Position numbers and translations under genes: made by a program. From Octopus sinensis (Eukaryota): a stretch of 64,000 nt of DNA. Of this stretch, positions 42,535 through 55,206 are shown piece after piece. The notes below the pieces were generated by a model that saw nothing but the letters and a program-made list of their open reading frames with translations, did no database searches and was not told the origin of the DNA. The number at the start of each line of letters is the position of its first letter. Positions within the stretch are counted from its first letter, which is position 1. The stretch is from the NCBI RefSeq assembly GCF_006345805.1, contig NC_042998.1, positions 37,758,001 to 37,822,000 of the forward strand, in the 5' to 3' direction.

Positions 42535-44294
42535 CATATAACTTCAGTAAAATTTAGATTCAGTTGAATATTATACTTAAGTTAAAGACACCAGAATTTA
42601 GTATGCTATTATCCATATAATTCAAAATTTCATCAACAACATCATAGTTGTAAGTATGATGTTGTTGCTGAAACATGTTCTTTGTCTATGTACTTATCCT
42701 CTTTGTGATTCTGGATAATAGGAAAACTATACAAATTTAACTAAATTCTATATTTTTATGCAACTGAAGATTGTTCTACATTTTAAAATTGATGTAATAT
42801 TTTCATTGTTCAATTAAATGGAGTCGCATGAAACGATCGTACTGCCTTGCCTCTGGATATCCTTGTTGCTTATTTTGATATAAGTAAACCTGCATACCTA
42901 TAGCAATATGACTACCATTGTTTCCTTTATGATTGCATTTGGGTCGTAGACTTAATCCATCGTCACTTGAACCCTAACCACATGATCCTTGTATGACTTT
43001 ATTGAACAGCTTTCAGTTAAGTTATTCTGGACCCTACCTTCGTTCCATGGATTACTTCCTTCCCTCTTCGAAAATGTCTCGCAAGACTTGGGCAAATAAA
43101 AAAATGATCATATGCGTGTTGCCCTTCTCCCTGTGACTAAATAGCAAAACAAAGAAATATGCGTAATCCACTATATACACTGCGTGTTCCATGAAATGGA
43201 TTCTGATTCCGGTTTTTTTCTTTTCGATGGCGTCTAAAGGGCGTTACTGAATACTGTTCAGTCTCCCTCAATATACGCGCAAAATAACCATTGACTTCGT
43301 TTTCTTATTCAGTCATTCAATTGAATGTACTTCATCCGGAATTACTTAAAGGGCTAATTATATACAGGTGTTTTTAGAAGCAGCTGAACAGGAGGGGGTA
43401 GTTCTAGCTTAATACAATTGTGGGGATGGTGTATAAACGATCAAATCGACCCTGCTGCGTTGGAGCATATGGGGCCCTGCAATTATAAAAGGCGAAAGAA
43501 TGAATGAAATGTTATCTTTCGTTTAACTTACTTCTTCTGCCATCCAAGCCTTTTGTTATAAATAAATTTTCTATTTTGACACTAAGCTATTTATTCGTAA
43601 AGAACGAGATTTACGAAATCGATGCAGTTTATTATTGGTCATATAACCGGTAAATAATTTCTTGATTCCGGAAGGATGACAAGAGAAAATCAAGGCCGCA
43701 TTGGATTTCGTTTTTTTTTTGTTTTTTTTTTATATTCACAAGATAAAAACAATATCGCTTAATACCGCAACGTATTTGTCCAGCGTTGAACTGGTACTGC
43801 ACCCTGCCACTTAAAATACATTCATAATAGCAACAATGTAGGCTTAACGTTTATCATAGGCCCTTTTATAAACGAAATGAAGGTCAGTAGGATATCATTA
43901 TTCAAAGTCACCAATGCATGAAGACAAGAGTTCTATAACATTTCAAGACAAAACATGAACTACGTTAACATCGGAACTCTATCGTTTCTAAGTAGCATGT
44001 TTATACCTGACTTTTATTCTATTGGGCGATAAATAAATACTTATTGTCTTCTCGGTGCCGCGGTTCTACGGCTTTTTGTGCTAATATAAAAAAAAATGTT
44101 TATCACCGCCATCTTTGCCATTATCCACAGCGGCAGCAACATCATCAATAACAATTCCCTCCCGTTGACAACACTATTGGCATCGCCGTCGTTGTCGTCG
44201 TCATCATCATCATAATCATCATCCTCAACATTATCATGAAAATTCATAACCATGAAGAAATTTTCCGACTGTTAATACATACGTCATAGACTCA

Positions 44295-44915
44295 GACGTG
44301 GCTGTGTGATAAGATGGGTGCTCCCCACCTACATGGTTGCAGGTTCACTCCCACTGTGTGGCACCTTGTGAGTAGATTTGGTAGACAGAAACTGTGTGCT
44401 CCCGTATATGTTTGTCCTCCAATTCTTTGCAACCGGTGTTGGTGTGTTTACGTCGGCAAAAGAGACATATAATAAGTACCAGGCTTTAAAAAGTATAACT
44501 AAATACTGAGATCGATTAGTACTGTCTTTTACTTGTTTCATTCATTTGACTGTGGCCTTGCTGGAGCACCGCCTTTAGTCGAGCAAATCGACCCCAAGAC
44601 TTATTCTTTATAAGCCTAGTACTTACCCTATCAGTCTCTTTTGCCGAACCGCTAAGTTACGGGGACGTAAACACACCAGCATCGGTTGTCAAGCGATATT
44701 GGGGGGGGAACAGACACACAAACACATATATATACATATACATATATACGACGGGCTTCTTTCAGTTTTCGTCTACCAAATCCACTCACAAGGCTTTGGT
44801 CGGCCCGAGGCTATAGTAGAAGACACTTGACGAAGGTGCCACGCAGTGGGAATGAACCCGGAACCATGTGGTTGGTAAGGAAGCTACTTACCACACAGCC
44901 ACTCCTGCGCCTGTA
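44295..44915. mobile_element. Tail-to-tail pair of SINE family B copies (+ partial, - full)
   Basis: GTGGCTGTGTGATAAG at 44298 (+); CCACACAGCCACTCCTGCGCC at ~44891 (-). Confidence 0.8.
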
Positions 44916-45143
44916 CGATTAAATATTTTAAGGTTTGGGGGTGCTCCAGCCCCGACGCAATCTAAGGCTGAAAAAGTAAATAAAAAATTTTTTGTAATGT
45001 CACCGAATAATACCGTCGCAGATTTTGCATCGGTTGCTTTGGTAGGGATTCCTGTGTTGTCTTCGTGTCCTGTACGAGTTATTTTATTTAGTTGAGATTA
45101 TTGTCCGACAAGTGTCCGATTCGGCGTGAGCTAATCTGTTGTA

Positions 45144-45266
45144 ACTGCTTTCAATGTAGCATTATTGTAGTTGTTCTCGTCCGATCACCGAAGTTAAGTA
45201 AAGTCGAGTCTAGTTAGTACTTAGATGGGTGACCGCTTGGGAAACCTAGGTGCTGTAAACGTCTTT
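45144..45266 (+). pseudogene. 5S rRNA retrocopy; ~nt 31-120 forward, 5' ~28 nt apparently inverted
   Basis: GTTCTCGTCCGATCACCGAAGTTAAG..GTTAGTACTTAGATGGGTGACCGCTTGGGAA..GGTGCTGTA at 45173-45260 is the canonical 5S body; 45144-71 reverse complement ACTACAATAATGCTACATTGAAAGCAGT resembles the 5S 5' end. Confidence 0.85.
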
Positions 45267-45276
45267 CTCTCATATA

Positions 45277-45505
45277 AGGCGGCGAACTGGCAGAAACGTT
45301 AGCACGCCGGGCGAAATGCGTAGCCGTATTTCGTCTGCCGTTACGTTCTGGGTTCAAATTCCGCCGAGGTCGACTTTGCCTTTCATCCTTTCGGGGTCGA
45401 TAAATTAAGTACCAGTTACACACTGGGGTCTATATAATCGACTTAATCCGTTCGTCTGTCCTTGTTTGTCCCCTCTGTGTTTAGCCCCTTGTGGGTAGTA
45501 AAGAA
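45277..45505 (+). mobile_element. SINE family A, full length
   Basis: AAGGCGGCGAACTGGCAGAAACGTTAGCACGCCGGGCG..TGTTTAGCCCCTTGTGGGTAGTAAAGAAAT. Confidence 0.9.
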
Positions 45506-46689
45506 ATTTATTTAAACGATACTTCGTCTCTACCACTGCCACAGACCGAATTATTTGTATCTATTTGTAATTCTAATCTTTATTTTCTTTTTTTATTTTT
45601 ACTTGTATATTTCGCCATTGACGAAGTGATACACCTACTTACGGCCATACTTGAGAGGACAATACAATGGCTTTTTTAGACGATGGCAATACGGTCCTAT
45701 TGTTTCTTTACGTTGACTGCATATTCTTCCGTTTGTGCAAGTCAATCATTTGCTTACCTTGCTTTCGAAATTCTTGGTGGACAGAGAATTGTTTCGTTCA
45801 GCGATCCGACGTCGACGACGAAAGCGATAGAACTAACCACCATTATCATAGTGGTCAAATGGCAGCTGCTGTTGTAACGTAGATTATGTTGTTGTGTGGT
45901 GGTGGTGGTGGTGGTGTAGCTGTTTTTAATGATGATGATTATGATGATCACTGGCATATTAATAATTAGGCAAATATGTCAGTAAAAGAAAAAATCAGAC
46001 AAAAATAGAAATAAAATACACACAAAAAAAAATCAATATGAAAATCCTTAAATGTTTGTCATGAAGTGGCCGTTCCTTAGCAACTAGAACAGCATTGCTG
46101 TTTCACAACTAGCTTGATTTGTGTCTATCATGTTGCCTTAGACTTCCATAGAACAGGAATATCAGTTTATGGCACTTTTTCTTCCACCTGGAAACGGAAA
46201 ATCGACCGCTGATGGTGAAGATAGACAGTAGATGTCTTATGCGTTGAAAATATTCAACTGATGTATGTATTTGTGTGTGTGTGTGGTGTGTGTGTGTGTA
46301 TGCACATGTAAAAGACCGTATACACACACACACATACATAAATATATACACACACATACATAAATATATACACACACTCATACATAAATATATACACACA
46401 CACACAAATAAATACATACACACACACACACACATATGTGTAGTAGAATAATAAAAATGTTATTGGTACAGTATAATATATATTTGGAAAAAAATATGAG
46501 TAGAGATGGCTTTTGGGGGAGAATAATTTTGATTGTAAATATTAAGATTAAAATAAAAATTATCTCCATCACCACCACCAAAATACATCACTGCTCATTT
46601 TTTCAAATAGAGAGAGAGAGAGAGAAAGAAAGAAAGAAAGAGAGAAAGAAAGGAAGAAAGAGAGAAAGAAAGGAAGAAAGAGAGAGAGA

Positions 46690-47050
46690 AAGAAATAAGG
46701 GCAAGCGTGGTAAGAATCTTCCTTTCCAACCAAATGGGTCCAGGTTCAGTCCCGCTTTGTGTCACCTTCGGCAAGTGTCCCCTACTAAGCCCCGGGCCCA
46801 TCAAAGCCTTGTAAACGCATTTGGTAGACAGAAACTGATAGAAGTCGGTCGTATATTTGTATGTCCGTATGTGAGAGAGAGAGGGAGGGGAAAGAGTTTG
46901 TGTGTGTGTGTCTTGATAACCGGCGTTTGTGTATATCCCTATAACTTAGTGGTTCGGCAATAAAGAAATACAGAATAAGTAACAGGCTTTGAAAGAAATA
47001 AGTCCTGGGGTCGATCCATTCGACTAAAATCTCGTCAAGACCGAGGCCCA
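46690..47050 (+). mobile_element. Diverged SINE family B
   Basis: CACCTTCGGCAAGTGTCC, TTTGGTAGACAGAAACTG, GAAATAAGTCCTGGGGTCGAT. Confidence 0.75.
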
Positions 47051-48263
47051 GTTATATACCTCAGATGACCATACACACGTATACGTGCGTGTATGTGTGT
47101 GTGTGTGTACATACATAAACCCAACAAAAGAGAACATTTGTTTAGAAAACTGGTAGAAAGTCTTGAATTTTGAGAAAAGGGGGCGAAATCCGTCCATAAT
47201 ACACAATTTTTATTTCATTTTATCGAAATGGAAAGATGAAAGCAAAACTGACTTTAAGGGTTTTGAACCCAAAAGTTCACAAATGAGTAGCGCAAAGCAT
47301 TGTGTCCAATATTTAGTCCCAACAATTCTACCGGAACACTATCCTGATCATCGTCGCCATCGCCTATACCCGACCTTTGACTGATAGCTTCAACTCATTT
47401 CTAAATGAGACTAATCACCATACAATCAGCAAGAGATTTTACATCTATCGTATGCAATATCTCTAAACTTAATGTTGTTTTGTTTTTTTTTCCTAAAATG
47501 AATAATAGTAAATTAAATAAACCTACTGATAACCCGGAAAATATATACAGCTATAATACCGCAAAATATAGATACCCGGAATAATAGTGAAAGCGGTACC
47601 AAAGCTACTTTCATCAGTAATGCTACTAGCCATTTCGGAATGATTCTAACCTGAAAACTACCACCAACATTCGACCGTAGAACAGCCAGAAATAACGTTG
47701 CATAACCTTTGGACAACAATCACTTCCAAAGAAACATGGTATACAAAAGACCAACCCAAACTCACCGGGGTCACAGCAGGCTACTTTAAAATATAGATGA
47801 ATCCTTTTAACTCATTTAAGGTCAGACGGAAGAGGCAAATTATTTCATTGGTTATATTAGGTAAATTGAGGGGAATATTGACTATTTGATCTGTTGATCG
47901 ATAATTTAGACCGCTTTTCCAAACGACGGAGGATGAAAGGAAGGAAAGTTATGTGTACAGAAGGGAAGCGAATATTGGAGTGCAAGTCTAACTTAATTGA
48001 CAAACATTCTGAAATTATTATACGATGGAACCATCGATGTATAAAAAATCAACACAAGTACCGATTCACGAATATATAATCAGGACATTAAGGACGAAGT
48101 AAACGAAATAATTATTAGGTTGAGATAACCTGATGATCCATGTCATCGGCTGTACAGGTTCTCACCTGAAAATAACACATGAAATGAAGTCTTCTATGTC
48201 CTGCTTTAACCTTCCAATTTTGCTTGTGATTCGATTTGCATACATTCATACAAGTGTAAATTC

Positions 48264-48322
<59 letters not shown>

Positions 48323-48731
48323 TGTGTGTGTGTACACATTTGGGAAATGAGATGTGTATTTGCATTTCTATGCATATATTTGCAATTTTACAAATGTTTC
48401 TTGATTGTCGGTGAGATTATTGCTGAGCTTATGTGTGAAATGTAGTGTGTAGATGGTATGAGAGAGAGAGAGAAAAAGAGAGAGTATATACAAGGGATAA
48501 AAAACGTTTATACATATGAGATGAATTATTATTAATGAAGGATGTGTATATACATGTATGCGTTTGTGTGTGCGGGAATGTATAAGGGTGCACGCTTATC
48601 CATTTATTCAAATACATGCTGGCTTATAAAACGCAAAAAGAGTGCTATAGGCATATGTATGTATGTATATATCTAGATCAGAAATACTAAATTTCTAAAT
48701 CTCTCGTAGAGACATGTACGGTGGTGGGGCG

Positions 48732-49011
48732 ATAGAATGGTTGTATACTGTCAATCTAACACGAACATGACAGTAGGGGGGTACACCACCGCTGTTTAGC
48801 CCTAGGAAGCATCGACGCCTCCTGATGGCTTTGACACATTTTTTCCTGTGTCCTTATATATATTTTTTCCTGTGTCCCTTCGTAAATGTATATAAGGACA
48901 CAGGAAAAAAATGTGTCAAAGCCATCAGGAGGCGTCCTTGCTTCCTAGGGCTAAACAGCGGTGGTGTACCCCCCCTACTGTCACGTTCGTGTTAGATTGA
49001 CAGTATACAAC

Positions 49012-49019
<8 letters not shown>
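48732..49019. mobile_element. Near-perfect ~130-bp-arm palindrome made of the HHR-unit tail
   Basis: Arms 48732-48860 and 48889-49019 differ by about 3 substitutions and 2 homopolymer indels; homologous to 4229-4370. Confidence 0.9.
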
Positions 49020-49057
<38 letters not shown>

Positions 49058-49360
49058 GCACAGCTTTACTAGTGTATGTGCGTGTGTGTATACATATACA
49101 TATGTACATTCATATGTGAATGTACATATCAATATTTACATTACACACACTCACACACACGTGTATGTGTATATATTGTTGTATGTGCGGGTACAATTAT
49201 CCACTTATTTATATACATAATGGCATGCGGAACACAAAACAATGTTGTAATATGTTCACATATAAATATGCATAGAGTATTACAAGTGTGTGAATGTGTA
49301 GTTGTATGTTTTTTGAAGTGTTGGTTTGAAGTGTGTGTGTGTGTGTACGTGTGCGCGCGC

Positions 49361-49392
<32 letters not shown>

Positions 49393-49989
49393 GCGCGCGC
49401 GCGTGTGTGTGTGTGTGTGTGTTTGTGTGAGTGTGTGTGTTTGGAGACAATAAAATATTTGTTTTCATCTGTAGACATGAGGTCTATTATCCAAAAAACA
49501 AAAATCCGCAGCGGTGACCTGTAAGTAATTTAGTATCACAGAATGGTACTGATAGTCTATGACCAATTCTATTGATGGCAGACTAACACAGCAGGAGATT
49601 TTCTTGACACTTATCTGATTCTGTATTTAAGGTTGAACGGAGCTGAATGTCTTGTTATTTTCTTTTTTTTTCTCTTCCTCTCTTTCGTCCTCGCTATTTT
49701 GTTGATAAAATTCTAAATCTTCGCCCTAGCTATTCTGATCGTCGCTAAATGTTTCGTATATAAGTGAGAAAACCGATTATTTTTGTGTATTGTCTTTATA
49801 AACAATTCTCACGAGAAAATTCTATGCATGGTTATGTAGATATGTAACGTAGCATATAACTAGATCATTAATAACGGGCAATTTTATAAACAAAACAACG
49901 GATTAGTTTGTATAGAATTTTTGAAACAATTATCAACTACGAAATAAGAATGTGATTAAAAATCCAATGTTCAATTGTCATGCTCAACA

Positions 49990-50290
49990 ACAGAAAGAGA
50001 AATTCAGGATTTTCCGCTTATTTCAAACATAAGGGTATATTCCCCTTTTACAAGTTCCATCGACTTCTGTCAGAGCTGTCCCCAGTTGACCTGGTTGGAT
50101 CTCCAAATGAGATCAAACGAGCTCATGGATGTTATACAACCATCTTCCTCCAGTCTTCCTTGATTTTCCATCCCTGCCGAACAGCAGTCGGCAGCACATC
50201 TGTGGAATGCATGTCAGAGATCACTTTCCGACGAGTAGAGTAATATCATGCCGTCTGCAAATTTTAGCCGAGTAGACATTCACCCACTGA
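49990..50290 (-). mobile_element. RTE-type RT relic
   Basis: Reverse strand LKFADGMILL-SESDL*HA..C.SAGM resembles the RT FADD motif and following region. Confidence 0.5.
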
Positions 50291-50354
50291 TCATATGTAA
50301 GTATATTAATCAAAACATATAGTATTATAGATCCAATACAACTGATCTTATCGA

Positions 50355-51260
50355 TCCATCAGGAGTGATCACTTTCGTCCTGGTGTTATCATACTTATTG
50401 CTATCAGAATTCTTGGTGGAATATCGTATGCTTTAAGTATCTTCATCACCATTCATGTACTGAATCAAAAGCTTTTCTAAAGTCTACATAGATGATAGCC
50501 TTCCTGTTATGGCTCTTAACTCTTCTATCAGTCTTCTAAGCGCAACAGTGTGAGAGTATTACAAGGCGACACGCTGGCACCTTATCTCTTCGCCATCGTT
50601 CTGGATTATGTAATGCACAGAACGTACGAAGGCAAGGAAGAAGAACTGAGATTCAAACTGCATAAGCAAAGAAGTTGACAGCATCAAGCAGTAACAGTAA
50701 CTAACCTAGGCTATGCTGATGACCTGGCTTTACTAACAGAGAGGACAGACCAAGCACAGGAGGTGCTGAGTAGATTAGAGCAAGAATCAGGGAAGGTAGG
50801 ATTGTATTGTAACGCAAAGAAAACAGAACTGCAAGTATTCAACCATGAAATGCCTGTGTCAGTGAGTAGAGTCTGTTCTTCTATACGGGGCTGAAACATG
50901 GACACTCACAAAAGCATTGAAGAAGCGGTTGGACGGTTGTTATACGAGGATGCTTAGAATGGCACTCAATGTCTCCTGGAAGAGTCATACACCAAACGCC
51001 GACTTATACCAGGGACTACCAAAAGTAACATTGAAGATACAGCATAGAAGGATGAGGTTAGCTGGACACTGCATCAGACATACCAATGAAATTACTAACA
51101 AACTAGTGCTCTGACAACCAACGTAAGGAAGAACCAAAAGAAGAAGGAGGAATCGACAATTTGCTGGAGGATACTGGTATGGAAGGGATACAAGAGCTGA
51201 GGATCGAGATGAGTGGGGAAAACGTGTGGAAAGTCTTGAGGCATCTTGTGAGACGACATA
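50355..51260 (+). mobile_element. RTE-clade LINE fragment with inverted 5' part and internal deletion
   Basis: Plus strand from 50553: VLQGDTLAPYLFAIVLDY..GYADDLALL..LLYGAETWTL..RLAGHCIRH. Minus strand 50355-50550: ALRRLIEE..VDFRKAFDSVH..KILKAYDIP..VITPDG. Confidence 0.85.
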
Positions 51261-51500
51261 GATAGATAATCGATCGATTCGGCACAGGATATATGGTGAT
51301 CATACGATTATCTCACAACTATTCCCGGTTAGAATCGGTCGAAGTGAGAAAAAAGACAAATACTCGAGTTCTTTTCTTGTTTGCTGTTAGACAACTATAT
51401 ATACTTACACACATACACACAAATAAACACACACATATTTGAAAAAGAAAAGACAAATATTCCAATAGTAGATGAAAATCCTTCACAAGCTATAGGTGTA

Positions 51501-51545
51501 TTACTAAATACGTATTTCTGCTTCACTGATCTTCGTCAGTAGTAA
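51501..51545 (-). ncRNA. Minimal type I hammerhead, weakened stem II
   Basis: Reverse complement TTACTA-CTGACGA-A-GATCAGTGAAGC-A-GAA-ATACGTAT-T-TAGTAA: 6-bp stem I, perfect palindrome ATACGTAT, AUU triplet. Confidence 0.65.
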
Positions 51546-51638
51546 GTATCCAATAGTCATCATATGCTAAGACAACTTTAGCTTCCTTTTTATATCGAAA
51601 AAGAGTGAACGCAACACACCCCTATACTTTATGAGCTC

Positions 51639-51918
51639 TAAATACCTAGCAGTACCGATGTTATAAGTAAGGCATGATTAGGCAACAGATCAATCGGCTT
51701 GCATAACAGCAACTATAAGCGTGCGGAAACACGGGTATGTGATACACACATACACATACGCACGCGCACACTCACATTCACGCATACACAAATGCACTGT
51801 GTGTGTGTGTGTGACATACACATGTTTCCACACGCTTATAGTCCCTATTATGCAAGCCGATTGATCTGTTGCCCTATCATGTTTTACTTACTACCTCGGT
51901 ATTTTTTTTAGATATTTA
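51639..51918. mobile_element. Foldback/MITE-like element, ~115-bp inverted arms with (CA)/(TG) centre
   Basis: GGCAACAGATCAATCGGCTTGCATAA..CTATAAGCGTG is inverted as CACGCTTATAG..TTATGCAAGCCGATTGATCTGTTGCC. Confidence 0.85.
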
Positions 51919-53144
51919 TATATGTTTGTCTCCGCGACTGGATTTATGCTAACACCACTTAAAACTGATGACTTTATTCTTAAACCTAGTAAATCAACAA
52001 CTGTGTAAATAGAATTCAATTCAACAAACGCAAAACTTCAGAATAAGCAGACGGACTGATAGGATTAATATGAAACCTTTCAGGTTAGGAGCTGCCCCGG
52101 CATTGCCTTATTGTAAACACACTCATATATATGCGCGCGCGTATGTGTGTACGTGTCTGCATATATGTATGTGTGTATATATATATATATTCATGTATAT
52201 GTATCTATATATTCATTTATACACACACATAATCATATGTGAGTTTGTCTCTGTATATATGTATGTATGTATAAGCATATATATATATATTCATTTATAC
52301 TCAGACGCACATACAATCACACACACAAACACACACACATATATACTCCCACGTGCACACACATACAAGCATGTATAAGTAGGCACGTAACTTATGTGTG
52401 TCTGCGTGTCGTTTCTAATGAATTCGTAATGGGATGTGGAAATCATTGAGACTGACATTAAAAATCTAATTATTGCTCCTCGATCGCATTCTCTTACTCG
52501 CGATGCTTATCGTCTTCCATTCTTCCTATTTTATTCGTTCATTCCAGTGTTCTCCTCCGTAATTCTCTAAATTTCTAATGAAAGAACAAAAAAGTCACTG
52601 GAAGAACATCCAGTAGAGAGATTAGTTGGAATTACATATTTACGTAAAAGTTTCTTGAAAACGAGGAATAATTCCAATGTTCGAGTCAACAGTTTGTGAG
52701 ATTCCATCGCCCTTGGGAAATTTAGAAACTTCACATTGTTCCCATTCTCATTTATCCTTTTACTCTAAAATTTAAAACAATGTACTTGCCTCTGATTCTA
52801 ATCACGCCAAAGCCAGTATCATATATATATATATATATGATTTGGGAAAACAAATTTCGAAATCAATCAGGTGTAACCCTACAGCGTTATATGCATCTAC
52901 ACATTGTATATATATATATATCTTAGCTGCTTTTTCGTATATGAGCAAAGCCATTGCTAGACAGAATTACTGAAATGAGTCATTGTTGAAGCAATGTGAG
53001 GCCCTTGTGTGACTCTTGAGCCTGGCGAAAGGTTTGCTCGTTCTATTGCATAATGCACAGCTGAGCTGGCTGGTAAAAGGAACAGGTACCATAGTGTGAA
53101 CTCATCTGACGTGCCATTTCAATCTTCCATACATGCATACATAC

Positions 53145-53825
53145 ATCAAATTTGACACCAAAGTACAGGTCTATAAAACAGCCATTCTTACTACTCTCCT
53201 GTATGGGTCAGAATCGTAGATACCATATAGACGTCACATTAACCAACTAGACATCTTCCACAAAGACTGTCGAGGACAATCTGTGGTTATTCACTAAAAG
53301 ACTAAGCTTCTAATGCCGACTTGTTTAGCAAGTGTAAGATTGGTGGAATCGAGAGCTTCCTCGTGCAATCACATTTGCGCTGGATTCGCCATACCGTCAG
53401 AATGAGTGACGAAAGAATACCCAAAGTCCTCATGTACAGCCAGCTTGAGAGTGGGAACAGGAATGTTGGTCGACCATGGCTCAGATATAAGGACAAGCTG
53501 AAGATAAAACTCTTAGAAATGAAGGTAGTACAGAAGATCTTTGGCTGATCAGCTTTGGAACGAAGAAAATGGAGATCGTTGTGTGAAAATGATATTAAAA
53601 TCTTTGTTGCAACCAGCATTAACAGGCTTCGTAGTGCAAGGCAAAGGAGAAAAAGCGGCTGCAAATATATCACCTGCACTCACCTGTAATCCTCGCAACA
53701 TCTGTGGCCTTCTTTGCAAATCGTTGACGAGAGTTAAATGTCACATTCTACATGAGTATTCTGACTGACAAAGAAGGAGTGCGTTGTCGGATCCTCATAC
53801 GTCGAAACCGACGGGAGATTCCATC
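53145..53825 (+). mobile_element. RTE/BovB-like LINE 3' end
   Basis: TKVQVYKTAILTTLLYGSE, LRWIRHTVRMSDERIPKVLMYSQLESGNRNVGRPWLRYKDKLK, terminal C/H-rich motif. Confidence 0.85.
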
Positions 53826-53829
53826 ATAT

Positions 53830-53895
<66 letters not shown>

Positions 53896-54049
53896 GAAAT
53901 TTACAGAAAAAGAAAAGACGAAGACAGGTGTATAAACACACACTCACGAAAATTCATACAGTCATACATAGTATGTAAGTATGTATGTACGTTTACACAA
54001 AAGAGATTCAACAGCTCTTTAGCATTAGTTTAGAATGACTACAATACCG

Positions 54050-54320
54050 AGGTCAGTTTGGGCTTCTTTACATGGCTCAATGGGTCCTCTTTGAATCTAT
54101 CAATCAAACATCGCTGATTCTCACCTTACTCTTCACCTACCTACCCACAGCATTAATCACCAACACCACCAGCACAACCCATCGAGGCCAGCTCCCCGTT
54201 CCCTACTACGGTTTGAGGACTGTCACAGATGGCATGCTGCTCTGCCCTTTCTAATGCTGGTCGCCATACTCCAGGCAGTTCAACAAAGTATGCCTCGACA
54301 GCTGAACAGGACTGGCGTTA
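54050..54320 (-). mobile_element. Possible very degenerate L1/Tx1-like 3' relic
   Basis: GC-rich island; reverse-strand EHAICDSP and KSKVRI..RFKE-like patches. Confidence 0.25.
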
Positions 54321-54754
54321 TATTCGGATATATATGTGTGTGTGTTGTGAGCGATACAATATTTGTAAGAGTTTATAAATTTATGTATATATTTTTAATG
54401 TGTAAGTGAGAGATTTAAGCTATAGAGATATCAAGCCACTCTTATTTGCGTTCTCTCCCCTATTATACCAATCTATAAATTTATCCATCCAGTCGCCAGC
54501 TATCTGCACCTCATTATGAGACTATTTAGAGTCGATACCAAATTTAAGAAGGTGGGTAGAGCAGTCTTCACTCTTTCTGATGTTTCTCAAGCAATGGCGC
54601 ATTGCCAAATGTAGACTGAGAATTATTTCATAATAGTCTTAAATCTATTCTATCTGTTTCTCTGCCTGTCTGCCTGACATCTGTGTTTAAGTATGCAGGT
54701 ATGTATATGTATATACAAATATGTCTTTCTGTGAATATATGAATGCATTTATAA

Positions 54755-54789
<35 letters not shown>

Positions 54790-54799
<10 letters not shown>

Positions 54800-54849
54800 C
54801 ACAAACACAAATATATATATATATATATCTATCTATATGTGTGTGTATT

Positions 54850-54889
<40 letters not shown>

Positions 54890-55096
54890 CACAAACACAA
54901 ATATATATACATATCTATCTATATGTGTATGTATTTATATATATATATATATATATATATTCACACAAACACAAATATATATATATATCTATCTATATGT
55001 GTATGTATTTATATATATATATATATATATATTCACACAAACACAAATATATATACATATCTATCTATATGTGTGTGTATTTATATATATATATAT
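54790..55096. repeat. Four-copy 72-90 bp minisatellite
   Basis: TTCACACAAACACAAAT starts at 54796, 54886, 54960, 55032. Confidence 0.9.
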
Positions 55097-55173
55097 AGTT
55101 AAGTCTGTGTCCAGTCATCGAGTCTATACATGCACACATACACATATCATACACACATATGCGAGACAGACAG

Positions 55174-55206
<33 letters not shown>

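Noticed and set aside
45640-45650. TACGGCCATAC matching the 5S 5' start
   Set aside because: Only 11 nt, 400 bp downstream of the 5S copy; chance match likely
46436-46963. 175-aa ORF
   Set aside because: Composed of (GAAA)n repeats and SINE B sequence
48133-48160. CTGATGA resembling an HHR core or C box
   Set aside because: No stem II/GAAA arrangement and no terminal stem
49474-49526. AG..GTAAGT micro-exon candidate
   Set aside because: Splice-like motifs alone are too common in AT-rich DNA, and both strands give equally plausible signals
50716-50722. CTGATGA core-like motif
   Set aside because: It is the coding sequence of the RT YADD motif
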